DNA from: Acutalibacteraceae bacterium
Lineage (GTDB): Bacteria; Bacillota; Clostridia; Oscillospirales; Acutalibacteraceae
DNA: 59,417 nucleotides
NCBI GenBank assembly: GCA_045539095.1
Contig: JAZQER010000026.1
Coordinates: 1 to 59,417, forward strand
Direction of reading: 5' to 3'
Below, piece after piece: positions 38,250-46,695 of this stretch. Position 1 is the stretch's first letter, and each line of letters begins with the position of its first letter. A program made the translations under genes and the position numbers. The notes beneath the pieces were generated by a model. It ran no database searches and was not told the origin of the DNA. It saw nothing but the letters and a program-made list of their open reading frames with translations.

Positions 38250-39632
38250 TTGGATTGTAAGCAGTTTTGGGATAATTTACCCTCTAAAAGGATAGCTATG
38301 TGCGGCATCGGCATCAGCAATACTCCGCTTATCCTTGATTTTATAAACAAGGGAGCTACCGTTTACGCCTGCGACCGCAGAAGCCGCGAGCAGATAGGTG
38401 AGATTGCCGACCGTATTGAAGCGGCAGGTGCAGAGCTTCGTCTCGGCAGCGGATATCTTGACGATTTGGAAGTAGATATTATCTTCCGCACACCCGGTAT
38501 GAGCTTTCATCTTCCAGAGCTGTCCGCCGCGCGCAAAAAGGGTATTGCCGTAACGAGCGAGATGGAAGTATTTTTTGACCTTTGTCCCGCTACAATATTT
38601 GCAGTGACCGGCTCTGACGGAAAGACTACAACCACCACCCTTATAGCCGAAATGCTGAAAAAACAGGGTAAAACTGTCCACGTCGGCGGAAATATCGGAA
38701 ACCCTCTCCTCCCCGAAATAGATAACATAAAGCCAGAGGATTTTGTTGTTGTCGAGCTTTCTTCTTTCCAGCTTATCTCTATGAGAAAGAGCCCCGACGT
38801 TGCTGTCGTAACCAACGTTGCACCTAATCATCTTGATGTTCACAAGGATATGGATGAATATGTTGAGGCAAAAAAGAACGTTATTCTTCACCAGAATGCG
38901 TTTTCACGTACCGTACTGAATTACGATAACGATATAACCAACAGTTTCCGCGACCATGTCCGCGGTCAGTCGCTCGGCTTCAGTATGGAACGTCGCGTTA
39001 AAAACGGAGCTTGGCTTGCTCCCGACGGAACGCTCCATATGTCATATAGAGGAATCGACGCACCCATTATGCACAGAAACGAGATCACTATTCTCGGTGA
39101 CCATAATGTTGCAAACTACCTCGCCGCGATTTCCGCAGTCTGGGGCTATGTCAGTGCCGAAAACATACGCAAGGTAGCTAAGGAATTTGCAGGTGTTGAA
39201 CACCGAATTGAATTCGTTCGCGAGGTCGACGGCGTAAAATATTATAATGACTCTATCGCATCAAGCCCGACCCGTACCATTGCAGGACTCAAGGCTTTCG
39301 ACAAGCCCGTCATTTTGCTCGCCGGCGGTTATGATAAACATATTCCGTTTGCGCCTATGGCACCTATGGTTTGTGAAAAGGTAAAGACCCTTATCCTCTG
39401 CGGACCTACTGCTGACGCTATCGAAAACGCAGTCATCGAATGTGAGGACTTCACCGAGGGTAAACCCGAGATAATTAAAACAAACGACCTTGGAGAGTCT
39501 ATTGACATTGCCAGACAGATAGCCGTAGAGGGAGATATCGTAACCCTTTCTCCTGCCTGCGCTTCGTTTGACGCTTTCCCGAACTTTGCCGCCCGCGGAA
39601 AATTCTTCAAAGAAAAGGTAAATGCATTTTAA
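38250..39632 (+). CDS. murD: UDP-N-acetylmuramoyl-L-alanine--D-glutamate ligase
   Basis: GSDGKTTTTTL P-loop and Mur ligase middle and C-terminal blocks. Start set to TTG 38250 (GGAGGA 7 nt upstream); the ORF track begins at 38226. Confidence 0.9.
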   Translation: MDCKQFWDNLPSKRIAMCGIGISNTPLILDFINKGATVYACDRRSREQIGEIADRIEAAGAELRLGSGYLDDLEVDIIFRTPGMSFHLPELSAARKKGIAVTSEMEVFFDLCPATIFAVTGSDGKTTTTTLIAEMLKKQGKTVHVGGNIGNPLLPEIDNIKPEDFVVVELSSFQLISMRKSPDVAVVTNVAPNHLDVHKDMDEYVEAKKNVILHQNAFSRTVLNYDNDITNSFRDHVRGQSLGFSMERRVKNGAWLAPDGTLHMSYRGIDAPIMHRNEITILGDHNVANYLAAISAVWGYVSAENIRKVAKEFAGVEHRIEFVREVDGVKYYNDSIASSPTRTIAGLKAFDKPVILLAGGYDKHIPFAPMAPMVCEKVKTLILCGPTADAIENAVIECEDFTEGKPEIIKTNDLGESIDIARQIAVEGDIVTLSPACASFDAFPNFAARGKFFKEKVNAF

Positions 39633-40642
39633 TGGATATTAAAAAACTTATAGCCGAGCTGTCGGATGCCGTATCCATAGGACATCTTCGTGGCGCGGCG
39701 GATATCGCAAAGCTTGAGCTTTCACAGTTTGCCGATGTGTCCGATTTTGGCACACTCGGAGTAATAGGAAAAATAGAAAAGGGTGCCGACCGCACCCTGC
39801 TTCTTGACGCGCATATAGACGAGGTCGGTTTTGTTGTAACAAACGTTTTCGAGGACGGCTTTGTTAAGGTGTCGAATGTCGGCGGAATAGACCCGAGAAT
39901 ACTGCCTGCGTCACGTGTCGTAATCCACGCCTTAGAGGACATTCGGGCGGTCTTTACCAGCACTCCGCCTCACCTTGCTAAAAAGGAAAACGAGGTCGTA
40001 TCGCTCGATGATATTCTGCTTGATACGGGACTCGGCAAAAAAGCTAAGGAAGTTATTTCTGTGGGCGATTATGTGACCTATGACAGCAGTACGCAGACTT
40101 TGAGCGGTACAAGACTTTGCGGAAAGTCTTTTGATGACCGAGTATCGGTTGCCTGCCTTATCGAGGTGGCATCACGAATTTATAATAAGGACATCCCTTA
40201 CAATATCATCATCTCTCTTGCCGAGTATGAGGAGCTTGGCACACGTGGTGCCATCACCTCTGCCTTTGCAGCCGAATGTGATGAAGCTATAGCTCTCGAT
40301 GTCAGCTTTGCCTCTGCACCCGGTGTGCCGTCGCACCAGAGTGGAAGCTTAGGGGGCGGCGCTATGATAGGCGTTTCGCCTATCCTTGACAGAAAGATAA
40401 CCAACAAGCTTATATCTGTTGCAGATACCAATAATATACCCTATCAGCTCGAGGTGATGGGTGGAAAAACAGGTACCGATGCCGATGTTATATCGGTTTC
40501 AAAAAGTGGCATCCCCACAGGACTTGTATCAATACCGCTTCGCAATATGCACACACCCCAAGAGGTCATTGACCTTGCTGATGTGGACAGCGTTTGCGAT
40601 ATACTCGAAAAATATATTCTCGGAGGCGGCAAAAATGCGTGA
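39632..40642 (+). CDS. M42-family metallopeptidase (glutamyl aminopeptidase / FrvX-YsdC-like), copy 1
   Basis: LLLDAHIDEVGF, GKSFDDRV and EELGTRGA motifs. Its ATG overlaps the murD TAA. Confidence 0.85.
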   Translation: MDIKKLIAELSDAVSIGHLRGAADIAKLELSQFADVSDFGTLGVIGKIEKGADRTLLLDAHIDEVGFVVTNVFEDGFVKVSNVGGIDPRILPASRVVIHALEDIRAVFTSTPPHLAKKENEVVSLDDILLDTGLGKKAKEVISVGDYVTYDSSTQTLSGTRLCGKSFDDRVSVACLIEVASRIYNKDIPYNIIISLAEYEELGTRGAITSAFAAECDEAIALDVSFASAPGVPSHQSGSLGGGAMIGVSPILDRKITNKLISVADTNNIPYQLEVMGGKTGTDADVISVSKSGIPTGLVSIPLRNMHTPQEVIDLADVDSVCDILEKYILGGGKNA

Positions 40643-41648
40643 TACATTAAAAGCACTTTGCTCTATACCCGCCGTTTCGGGAAGAGAAGACAATATCAGA
40701 AATTATATTCTCGGCGAAGTCAAGAATTTTGCCGAGTGCAGAGTAGATAAAAACGGAAATCTTATATGCTTTAAAAAAGGCGCAAAGCCCTCGTCAAGGA
40801 AAATAATGATCGACGCTCATATGGACGAGGTTGGTATTATCGCATCGGCTTTTACGGATGACGGTTTTGTAAAATTCCACTCAGTCGGCGGCATATCCTC
40901 TGCCGTGATGCTTGGTCGACGCGTTATCTTTGAAAACGGCGCCGCCGGCGTGGTCGGCGTAAAGCCTGTTCACCTTGCATCAGCCGAGGAAAAGAAGAAA
41001 TATCCCGAAGAGGACAGCCTTTATGTCGATATCGGTGCAGACTCTAAGGAAGCTGCACAAAAACTTATATCCCTCGGAGATACTGCAGTTTTTGAGGGTG
41101 ATTTTTATGAGATGGGTGAGAATACGATAATGTCTCGCGCCATTGATGACCGCGCAGGCGTCGCTGTTCTTATAAAGCTTTTGAAAGAGGACGCCGAGTA
41201 CGATTTTTATGCCACCTTTACGGTTCAGGAAGAGGTTGGCTGTCGCGGCGCCAAGACTGCCGCATATTCTCTCGACCCCGACGGTGCTGTAGTGCTTGAG
41301 GCAACCACCGCTGCTGATCTTCACAGTGTAGAGGATGATAAAAAAGTATGCATTTTAGGAGACGGTCCTGCAGTTTCCTTTATGGACCGCTCGACTTTAT
41401 ATGACCGCAGACTTTATGATGCCGCAATGAAATGCGGTGTAAAATGTCAGCCTAAGGCAGCGGTCGCGGGTGGAAACAACTCGGGCGCCGTTCACCTGAC
41501 AAGAGGGGGCGTGCCGACTATTGCTATATCTGCGCCCTGCCGATACATCCATTCGCCTTCCTGCGTAGCAGACGTTAGTGATATTGAGGGTATGCATACT
41601 CTCGCAAAGGAAATGCTTTGCCGTATGGCTTCGGGAGAGCTCTTATGA
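40635..41648 (+). CDS. M42-family metallopeptidase, copy 2
   Basis: Start moved to ATG 40635 (GGAGG upstream). IPAVSGREDNIRNYI, IDAHMDEVG, AIDDRAG and QEEVGCRGA motifs. 8-nt overlap with copy 1. Confidence 0.85.
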   Translation: MRDTLKALCSIPAVSGREDNIRNYILGEVKNFAECRVDKNGNLICFKKGAKPSSRKIMIDAHMDEVGIIASAFTDDGFVKFHSVGGISSAVMLGRRVIFENGAAGVVGVKPVHLASAEEKKKYPEEDSLYVDIGADSKEAAQKLISLGDTAVFEGDFYEMGENTIMSRAIDDRAGVAVLIKLLKEDAEYDFYATFTVQEEVGCRGAKTAAYSLDPDGAVVLEATTAADLHSVEDDKKVCILGDGPAVSFMDRSTLYDRRLYDAAMKCGVKCQPKAAVAGGNNSGAVHLTRGGVPTIAISAPCRYIHSPSCVADVSDIEGMHTLAKEMLCRMASGELL

Positions 41649-42352
41649 TAACAAAAATAACCGAGTTGCCTCGTATTGAAGTCAAAACTATGTCGCTGGC
41701 ACGAATCTACGCGCAGTATAACGCTTTTTCAGGCACGGTTTTGGAAAACGATTTCTGGGTACAGAAAACAAACGAAAAAATAACCGCCATTATCTCTTTA
41801 GACGGCGGCAGTATGAATGTGTGGTGCGACGGTGCAGACTCGAGCGAGCTTCGCGAATTTATATCGGCGCTTTGTCCGTCGGTGATATTTACCGAATATG
41901 AAAACGCGAATCCGCTCGGAATAAAACCCGACCGAATTCGTAATATGCTGACAAAAAGGGTTCATTTTTCTCCCTTTGAGGTTGAGCAGTTCAGTCTGCG
42001 TGAGCTTTATGACGGTCTTGACCGCGGCAGTGATGTTGACATTCATCTACCCGATTTTGAGGTGTTCGCGCCCGATGTTTCGCACAGACTGCGCCACAAT
42101 GCCGCAAGAGCTGTGGTAAAAGATTGCGGCGCAGCCCTCGCCTTTACATACTTTGGCGGCGCGGTTATGTCAGGAATTGCTTTATCACCCGAATACCGCG
42201 GAAAGGGTCTTGGCAAGGCTCTGCTCTCGGAACTTCTTTCCCGCTGTGACGGTGACTTTTTCGTTGCGGCTAATGAACAAAACACAAAATTTTATCTTCG
42301 AAACGGTTTTGAGCTCTCGGGCAAGATATGTTTCGGAAAACAGGAGATATAA
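41645..42352 (+). CDS. GNAT-family N-acetyltransferase
   Basis: Start moved to ATG 41645 (ATGA overlap with the upstream stop). The C-terminal half carries the acetyl-CoA motif SPEYRGKGLGKALLSELL. Confidence 0.65.
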   Translation: MITKITELPRIEVKTMSLARIYAQYNAFSGTVLENDFWVQKTNEKITAIISLDGGSMNVWCDGADSSELREFISALCPSVIFTEYENANPLGIKPDRIRNMLTKRVHFSPFEVEQFSLRELYDGLDRGSDVDIHLPDFEVFAPDVSHRLRHNAARAVVKDCGAALAFTYFGGAVMSGIALSPEYRGKGLGKALLSELLSRCDGDFFVAANEQNTKFYLRNGFELSGKICFGKQEI

Positions 42353-43642
42353 ATGAAGGATTTTTTTAATATTGACGAGCGCCTATTGGCATTGGATGAA
42401 AAAGCACGGGAGATGTGCGCGCCCGTATTCGCGAAAATTGACGAAATCACCCGATACAATCAGCACAAAATGCTGGCTGCTTTTATAAATAACGGAGTGA
42501 GCGAAACACATCTTGGCATTTCAACAGGCTATGGCTACGGAGATGTAGGTCGGGACAAGCTTGAACAGGTCTTTGCCGAGGCTGTAGGTGCTGAGGATTC
42601 GCTCATCCGTCACAATTTTGTTTCGGGCACTCATACTCTGACCGTTATGCTTTTCGGCGTGCTTCGCCCCGGAGACAGCATGCTCTCTCTTACAGGCAGA
42701 CCTTACGATACCCTTATCGGCGTGCTCGGAATAGACGAACCGTGTGAAGGTTCACTTGCAGATTTCGGCATAAATTATAATCAGGTCGAACTTGATAACA
42801 ATGGCGAGCCGAATATTGATGATATAAAAGCCGAGCTTTCTAAAAAGCATTACAAGGTGGCCTACATACAGCGTTCCCGCGGCTACAGTCTGCGCCCGTC
42901 GCTTACTGTAGAAAAAATAGGTGAGCTTTGTAAAGCGGTCAAAGAGGTATCACCCGATACCCTTATCCTTGTTGATAACTGTTACGGTGAATTTGTCGAA
43001 AAATGTGAGCCTACGAGCGTGGGAGCAGACCTTATTGCAGGCTCACTCATCAAAAATCCGGGCGGCGGTATTGCGCCTACAGGCGGTTATATTGCCGGTA
43101 GACATGACCTTGTTGAGCTTTGCGGATACAGACTTACAGCCCCCGGTGTCGGACGCGAGGTCGGTGCTTCTCTCGGTCATAACAGAGAGCTTTATATGGG
43201 ACTCTTCGCGGCTCCCCATACAGTGGGAGAAGCGTTAAAGTCGGCTGTTTTTGCCGCCGCGCTCTTCAATCTGCTCGGCTATGAAGCAACCCCTTCGTTC
43301 GATGCTCCACGTGCCGATATTATTGAAAGCGTACTGCTAAAAACACCCGAAGCCCTTGTAGCTTTCTGTCAGGGTATGCAAAAGGGTGCTCCTGTAGACA
43401 GTTTTGTCGTTCCTGAGGCTTGGGATATGCCGGGATATGACGATAAGGTCATTATGGCGGCAGGCGCCTTTACCCTTGGCGCTTCTATCGGGCTTTCGGC
43501 TGGCGCACCGCTCCGCGGGCCCTTTGCCGCGTGGCTACAGGGCGGTCTCAATTTTCATAGCGCCGAAGCCGGTATACTTCTTGCCGCCCAGAGTATGCTT
43601 GACAAAGGAATATTAAAGTTGGAGGACATCTGCAATGGATAA
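42353..43642 (+). CDS. Methionine gamma-lyase-family PLP enzyme (YnbB / 'aluminium resistance protein' family)
   Basis: Length and N-terminal region (…EITRYNQHKMLAAFINNGVSETHL.ISTGYGYGD.GRD) match my recollection of this family. Confidence 0.8.
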   Translation: MKDFFNIDERLLALDEKAREMCAPVFAKIDEITRYNQHKMLAAFINNGVSETHLGISTGYGYGDVGRDKLEQVFAEAVGAEDSLIRHNFVSGTHTLTVMLFGVLRPGDSMLSLTGRPYDTLIGVLGIDEPCEGSLADFGINYNQVELDNNGEPNIDDIKAELSKKHYKVAYIQRSRGYSLRPSLTVEKIGELCKAVKEVSPDTLILVDNCYGEFVEKCEPTSVGADLIAGSLIKNPGGGIAPTGGYIAGRHDLVELCGYRLTAPGVGREVGASLGHNRELYMGLFAAPHTVGEALKSAVFAAALFNLLGYEATPSFDAPRADIIESVLLKTPEALVAFCQGMQKGAPVDSFVVPEAWDMPGYDDKVIMAAGAFTLGASIGLSAGAPLRGPFAAWLQGGLNFHSAEAGILLAAQSMLDKGILKLEDICNG

Positions 43643-44303
43643 GATATCACCCCACAAGGCTTTATCCCTTTTGGCGCTTCCCGCAGGCTTCGTTTTTGCC
43701 TATCCGTTTGAGATATCGACCGATACTATGAAGGTGGGCTACAAGATGGTCTCTTTTGATACCGGTAAGGTATCAAATGTGACAAGAAGTATTTATACCC
43801 TCACAAAATTCGGTTCGGAATATAAGACTTTCGACAGTAAAATAAAGAATTTTATCTACTGCCACTCGGCGCTGCTCGATGACGGCAGGCTTTTTGTGGC
43901 CGAAGAGGATGGAAGCGCTATGCTTTTTGATTTTGACACAAAACCCGTTTGGGAAGGAAGACTTGCCTACGGAGGCGTGGCTCCGTCCTGTATTGCCGCG
44001 GTTGGTGAGACCCTTTGGGCAGCATACAAAGATCGGAACACCCTCGTAAGATACAACGTTAACTCTATGCGTGAAGAGCTTCGTATCGGTGGCAGCTCAT
44101 CCCCATTTCAGGGTCCTTGCTCAATATTCCCTGCCGGCACTAAGCTTTTCGTCTGCAACTCCGACAGCATGGATATATGGAAAATAGATACCACCAATTA
44201 TACCACCGAGCTATACTACCAGTTTGAAGAGCCCGTATATGATTATAAGTTCATCGACAAGTACGAGATAGCCTGTCTTGAGTCGGGAATATATCTGCTG
44301 TAG
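43635..44303 (+). CDS. Hypothetical protein (222 aa), last gene of the murD operon
   Basis: 8-nt overlap with the upstream gene. Beta-rich sequence with no recognisable motif. Confidence 0.5.
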   Translation: MDKISPHKALSLLALPAGFVFAYPFEISTDTMKVGYKMVSFDTGKVSNVTRSIYTLTKFGSEYKTFDSKIKNFIYCHSALLDDGRLFVAEEDGSAMLFDFDTKPVWEGRLAYGGVAPSCIAAVGETLWAAYKDRNTLVRYNVNSMREELRIGGSSSPFQGPCSIFPAGTKLFVCNSDSMDIWKIDTTNYTTELYYQFEEPVYDYKFIDKYEIACLESGIYLL

Positions 44304-44350
44304 TCAAAAACAACTACTCTAGTCAAAAACAACTACTCTAGTCAAAAAGG
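44301..44350. repeat. Tandem repeat family A: TAGTCAAAAACAACTACTC x2 plus a partial third copy
   Basis: Identical 19-bp units at 44301-44319 and 44320-44338, plus a partial TAGTCAAAAAGG at 44339-44350. The array starts on the stop codon of the preceding gene. Confidence 0.9.
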
Positions 44351-44419
44351 AAAGACTGTTCACAGAGGAAAGAGAAAGACTATGCACAGAGGAAAGGAAA
44401 GACTATGCACAGAGGAAAC
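44350..44419. repeat. Tandem repeat family B: GAAAGACT(A/G)T(G/T)CACAGAGGAAA(G/C) x3 (23-24-bp period)
   Basis: Units at 44350-44372, 44374-44396 and 44397-44419. The second and third are identical except for the last base. Confidence 0.9.
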
Positions 44420-44495
44420 CCTACATTATAAAAGAAAATTTAAATATATATATAAATATAATATAAGAGACAATTTTTAATTTTTTATAAAGATC

Positions 44496-44527
44496 AACAC
44501 CTCGGAGCAAATCCGCCCCGAGGTGTT
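44496..44527 (+). terminator. Terminator of the murD operon (shared with convergent pepF)
   Basis: AACACCTCGG / CCGAGGTGTT stem followed by TTTATT on the plus strand. Confidence 0.75.
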
Positions 44528-44530
44528 TTA

Positions 44531-46225
44531 TTATACATTTTTAATTTTTTCATCGAGCCATTTTTTTATTACCCTTGCGGTATCGAGCAGCGCGCCCTCC
44601 CAATAAGGCGGAGTGAGACCCGCTGTTTTTACAAGGTCCTGGAAGGTTTTTGTGCCCGCACCGTCAACGAATGCGAGATATTTTTTAAACGCCGCTTCCC
44701 TGTTTTTGAGCGACTCAGCAAAGAAGCAGAAGGCAACCGTCTGCGCCATGCAGTAGTCGATATAATATAGCGGATAGAGATAGATATGAAGCTGACGCTG
44801 CCAACCGCCGCCACGATTGTAAAAAGGTAGGTCTGAAAGGTCAAGATGCGGCCTGTACTTGGCTTCAAGCTCGAGCCATACCTTATTTCGCTCTTCGGGA
44901 GTCAGATTTTCATTCTCGTACATTCTATGCTGAAACTCATCGACCATACAGCCGTACGGGATGAAACAGAGGGCATCTGCCGCGTGGTAGTACTCATACC
45001 TCGCTGTATCTTCCTCAAAAAACTTCTCATGCCAAGGAGATGTCAAAAACTCCATCGTCATAGAATGTACCTCACAGGCTTCTATTGTGGGTGAAATATA
45101 TGATGGCAATATACCCTTTCTCGACGCTCTGTAGTATGCAAAGGCGTGTCCTGCTTCGTGGGTCAGGACATCGACATCTCCCGAAGTGCCGTTAAAATTC
45201 GAAAAGATGAAGGGAGCTTTATACTTTGCAAACTCGGTACAGTAGCCACCGGGCGCCTTACCCTCCTTTGAGAGAAGGTCCCAAAGCTCATTTTCACTCA
45301 TAAAGTTTATGAACTCGGCGGTCTCGGGCGACATTTCGCGGTACATTTCTATTCCCGCTTTCAAAATTCCGTCGGAATCGGGATGCGGCTTCACATTTCC
45401 CTCTTTGAACATTACATCGTTATCGTAAAGGTGGAGTTGTTCCACCCCGATACGCTCTTTCTGTTCTGCTTTAAGTCCCGATACTACAGGCACGATATGG
45501 GTCTTTATCTCCTCTCTGAAAGCGGCGACCTCTGTGGGACCATAACAGTTTCTGCCAAGTCGGTCATAACCCATCTGGATAAAATTCTCATAGCCCAGCA
45601 TTCTCGCCTGTTTATTTCTGAGTTTGACAAGCCGATCGTAGAGGGTGTCAAATTCCTCACGGTGGGAATCAAAAAACTCCGCATCCTTTAAAAATGCCTT
45701 TTTACGGATATTTCTGTCATGCGACTGTTTATATTTCCCGAGCATCGGAAGAGGAATAATCTCACCCTCCCACTCTACGGTAGCCGAGGCAAACAGCTTC
45801 TGATATTCCGACTGCAATTTGTTTTCTTCTGCGGCAAGCTCTACTATCTCCGATGAGAAACAACGGACAGCTATCTCGGTATTTATAAACAGAAGCTTGC
45901 CGAAAATATCCTCGAGCTCTGCTCTGAATTTCGAATCGAGCAAAGAACGGTTTATCTGATTAAAAATATCCGAAACAGATGGACCGTTCTCATCAAAAAA
46001 ATCATTCTCGGCTTCATAGAATTTGTCTTTAGTATCTATAGTGTGGCGTACATAGGCAAGCGAGCCCATAGTAGAATATTCCTCACTCAGCGTTTCAGCT
46101 GTTCGGTAGGCATTTGCCGCCTCCTCGGCACTCTTAGCTGAAGAGATCATGTCCTTGACAGAGGAAAGCTCTTGCTTTAAAATATCAATATCAGGGCGGA
46201 CGTAGGGCATTTCGGAAAATTTCAT
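44531..46225 (-). CDS. pepF: Oligoendopeptidase F-family (M3B) metallopeptidase
   Basis: HEAGHAF zinc motif, 564 aa, M3B-type layout. Confidence 0.9.
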   Translation of the reverse strand: MKFSEMPYVRPDIDILKQELSSVKDMISSAKSAEEAANAYRTAETLSEEYSTMGSLAYVRHTIDTKDKFYEAENDFFDENGPSVSDIFNQINRSLLDSKFRAELEDIFGKLLFINTEIAVRCFSSEIVELAAEENKLQSEYQKLFASATVEWEGEIIPLPMLGKYKQSHDRNIRKKAFLKDAEFFDSHREEFDTLYDRLVKLRNKQARMLGYENFIQMGYDRLGRNCYGPTEVAAFREEIKTHIVPVVSGLKAEQKERIGVEQLHLYDNDVMFKEGNVKPHPDSDGILKAGIEMYREMSPETAEFINFMSENELWDLLSKEGKAPGGYCTEFAKYKAPFIFSNFNGTSGDVDVLTHEAGHAFAYYRASRKGILPSYISPTIEACEVHSMTMEFLTSPWHEKFFEEDTARYEYYHAADALCFIPYGCMVDEFQHRMYENENLTPEERNKVWLELEAKYRPHLDLSDLPFYNRGGGWQRQLHIYLYPLYYIDYCMAQTVAFCFFAESLKNREAAFKKYLAFVDGAGTKTFQDLVKTAGLTPPYWEGALLDTARVIKKWLDEKIKNV

Positions 46226-46242
46226 AACAAACTCCTTAAAAA

Positions 46243-46268
46243 TATAAAAAATCGGGCTTAATGCCCGA
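46243..46268 (-). terminator. Terminator of rnpB
   Basis: TCGGGC / GCCCGA stem followed on the minus strand by ATTTTTTATATTTTT. Confidence 0.7.
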
Positions 46269-46280
46269 AATGCTTACAAT

Positions 46281-46618
46281 ATCTACTCGGTCGATAAGCC
46301 GGGTTCTGTCGCGGACGACTATCTATCTCGACCGACAGTTGCCTGTCGGCTCAAGCCGCTCGTCGAAACACATCGGGCAAATGTATCGTTTCAGTCAGCG
46401 TTGCACCGGATAGGGTTTACAGACGCGAGACGTCTCCGTTCGCGTGGTGAGCTCTTACCTCGCCTTTCCACCCTTACCGAAAAATTCGGCGGTATATCTC
46501 TGTTGCACTATCCCTGAGGTCACCCTCGGCGGCCGTTAGCCGTTATCCTGCCCTGTGGTGCCCGGACTTTCCTCAGACGGTGGTAAAACCCCGTCCGCAG
46601 CCGTCTGACCGAGTAGGA
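46281..46618 (-). ncRNA. rnpB: RNase P RNA (bacterial type A)
   Basis: The minus strand carries GAGGAAAGTCCGGGCACCACAGGGCAGG, AGTGCAACAGAGA, GGTAAGGGTGGAAAGGCGAGGTAAGAGCTCACCAC, GTAAACCCTATCCGGTGCAA and ACAGAACCCGGCTTAT. P1 pairing is CTACTCGGTC / GACCGAGTAG. The ends are approximate. Confidence 0.92.
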
Positions 46619-46622
46619 TTAT

Positions 46623-46651
46623 ATAATAGCACATTATTCTCCATTTGTCAA
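46623..46651 (-). promoter_or_regulatory. Candidate sigma-A promoter of rnpB
   Basis: Minus strand TTGACA (46651-46646), 17 nt, TATTAT (46628-46623), ~6 nt before the P1 5' end. Confidence 0.6.
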
Positions 46652-46695
46652 AGCAGATAAGCTTTGTATTATTTTTTTACAAAAAGAGGCATTTT

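Noticed and set aside
38277-38891. Long antisense ORFs nested inside well-supported genes: 38277-38891 in murD, 8140-8682 in recG, 51061-51723 in the EF-G paralogue, 37266-37784 in the BMP binding-protein gene, 23879-24403 in the ATPase gene, 29098-29592, and others.
   Set aside because: Each lies entirely within, and opposite to, a gene with clear family motifs. None has an RBS I could find, and the translations are low-complexity or Ser/Arg/Cys-rich. Open antisense frames of this length are a common by-product of codon bias.
40461-40634. N-terminal extensions in the ORF track: 40461-40634, 5450-5521, 41618-41644, 17824-17898, 54153-54224, 11391-11477, 3517-3534, 17452-17481, 38025-38042 and 28279-28305.
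   Set aside because: In each case an internal start codon with a good Shine-Dalgarno sequence matches the family's normal N-terminus. The extension overlaps the preceding gene or lacks an RBS, so the coordinates were trimmed accordingly.
44301-44419. The tandem repeats considered as a CRISPR array or a type III (ToxI-like) antitoxin RNA array.
   Set aside because: There are no unique spacers between units, so it is not CRISPR. The units are shorter than known ToxI-type repeats, and no toxin ORF follows on either strand: the array is followed by a terminator and the convergent pepF 3' end.
44382-44480. A 32-codon ORF starting inside repeat unit B2 (MHRGKERLCTEETLHYKRKFKYIYKYNIRDNF).
   Set aside because: It is generated by the repeat plus the AT-rich tract. 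The composition is Lys/Tyr-rich and low-complexity. There is no independent support.
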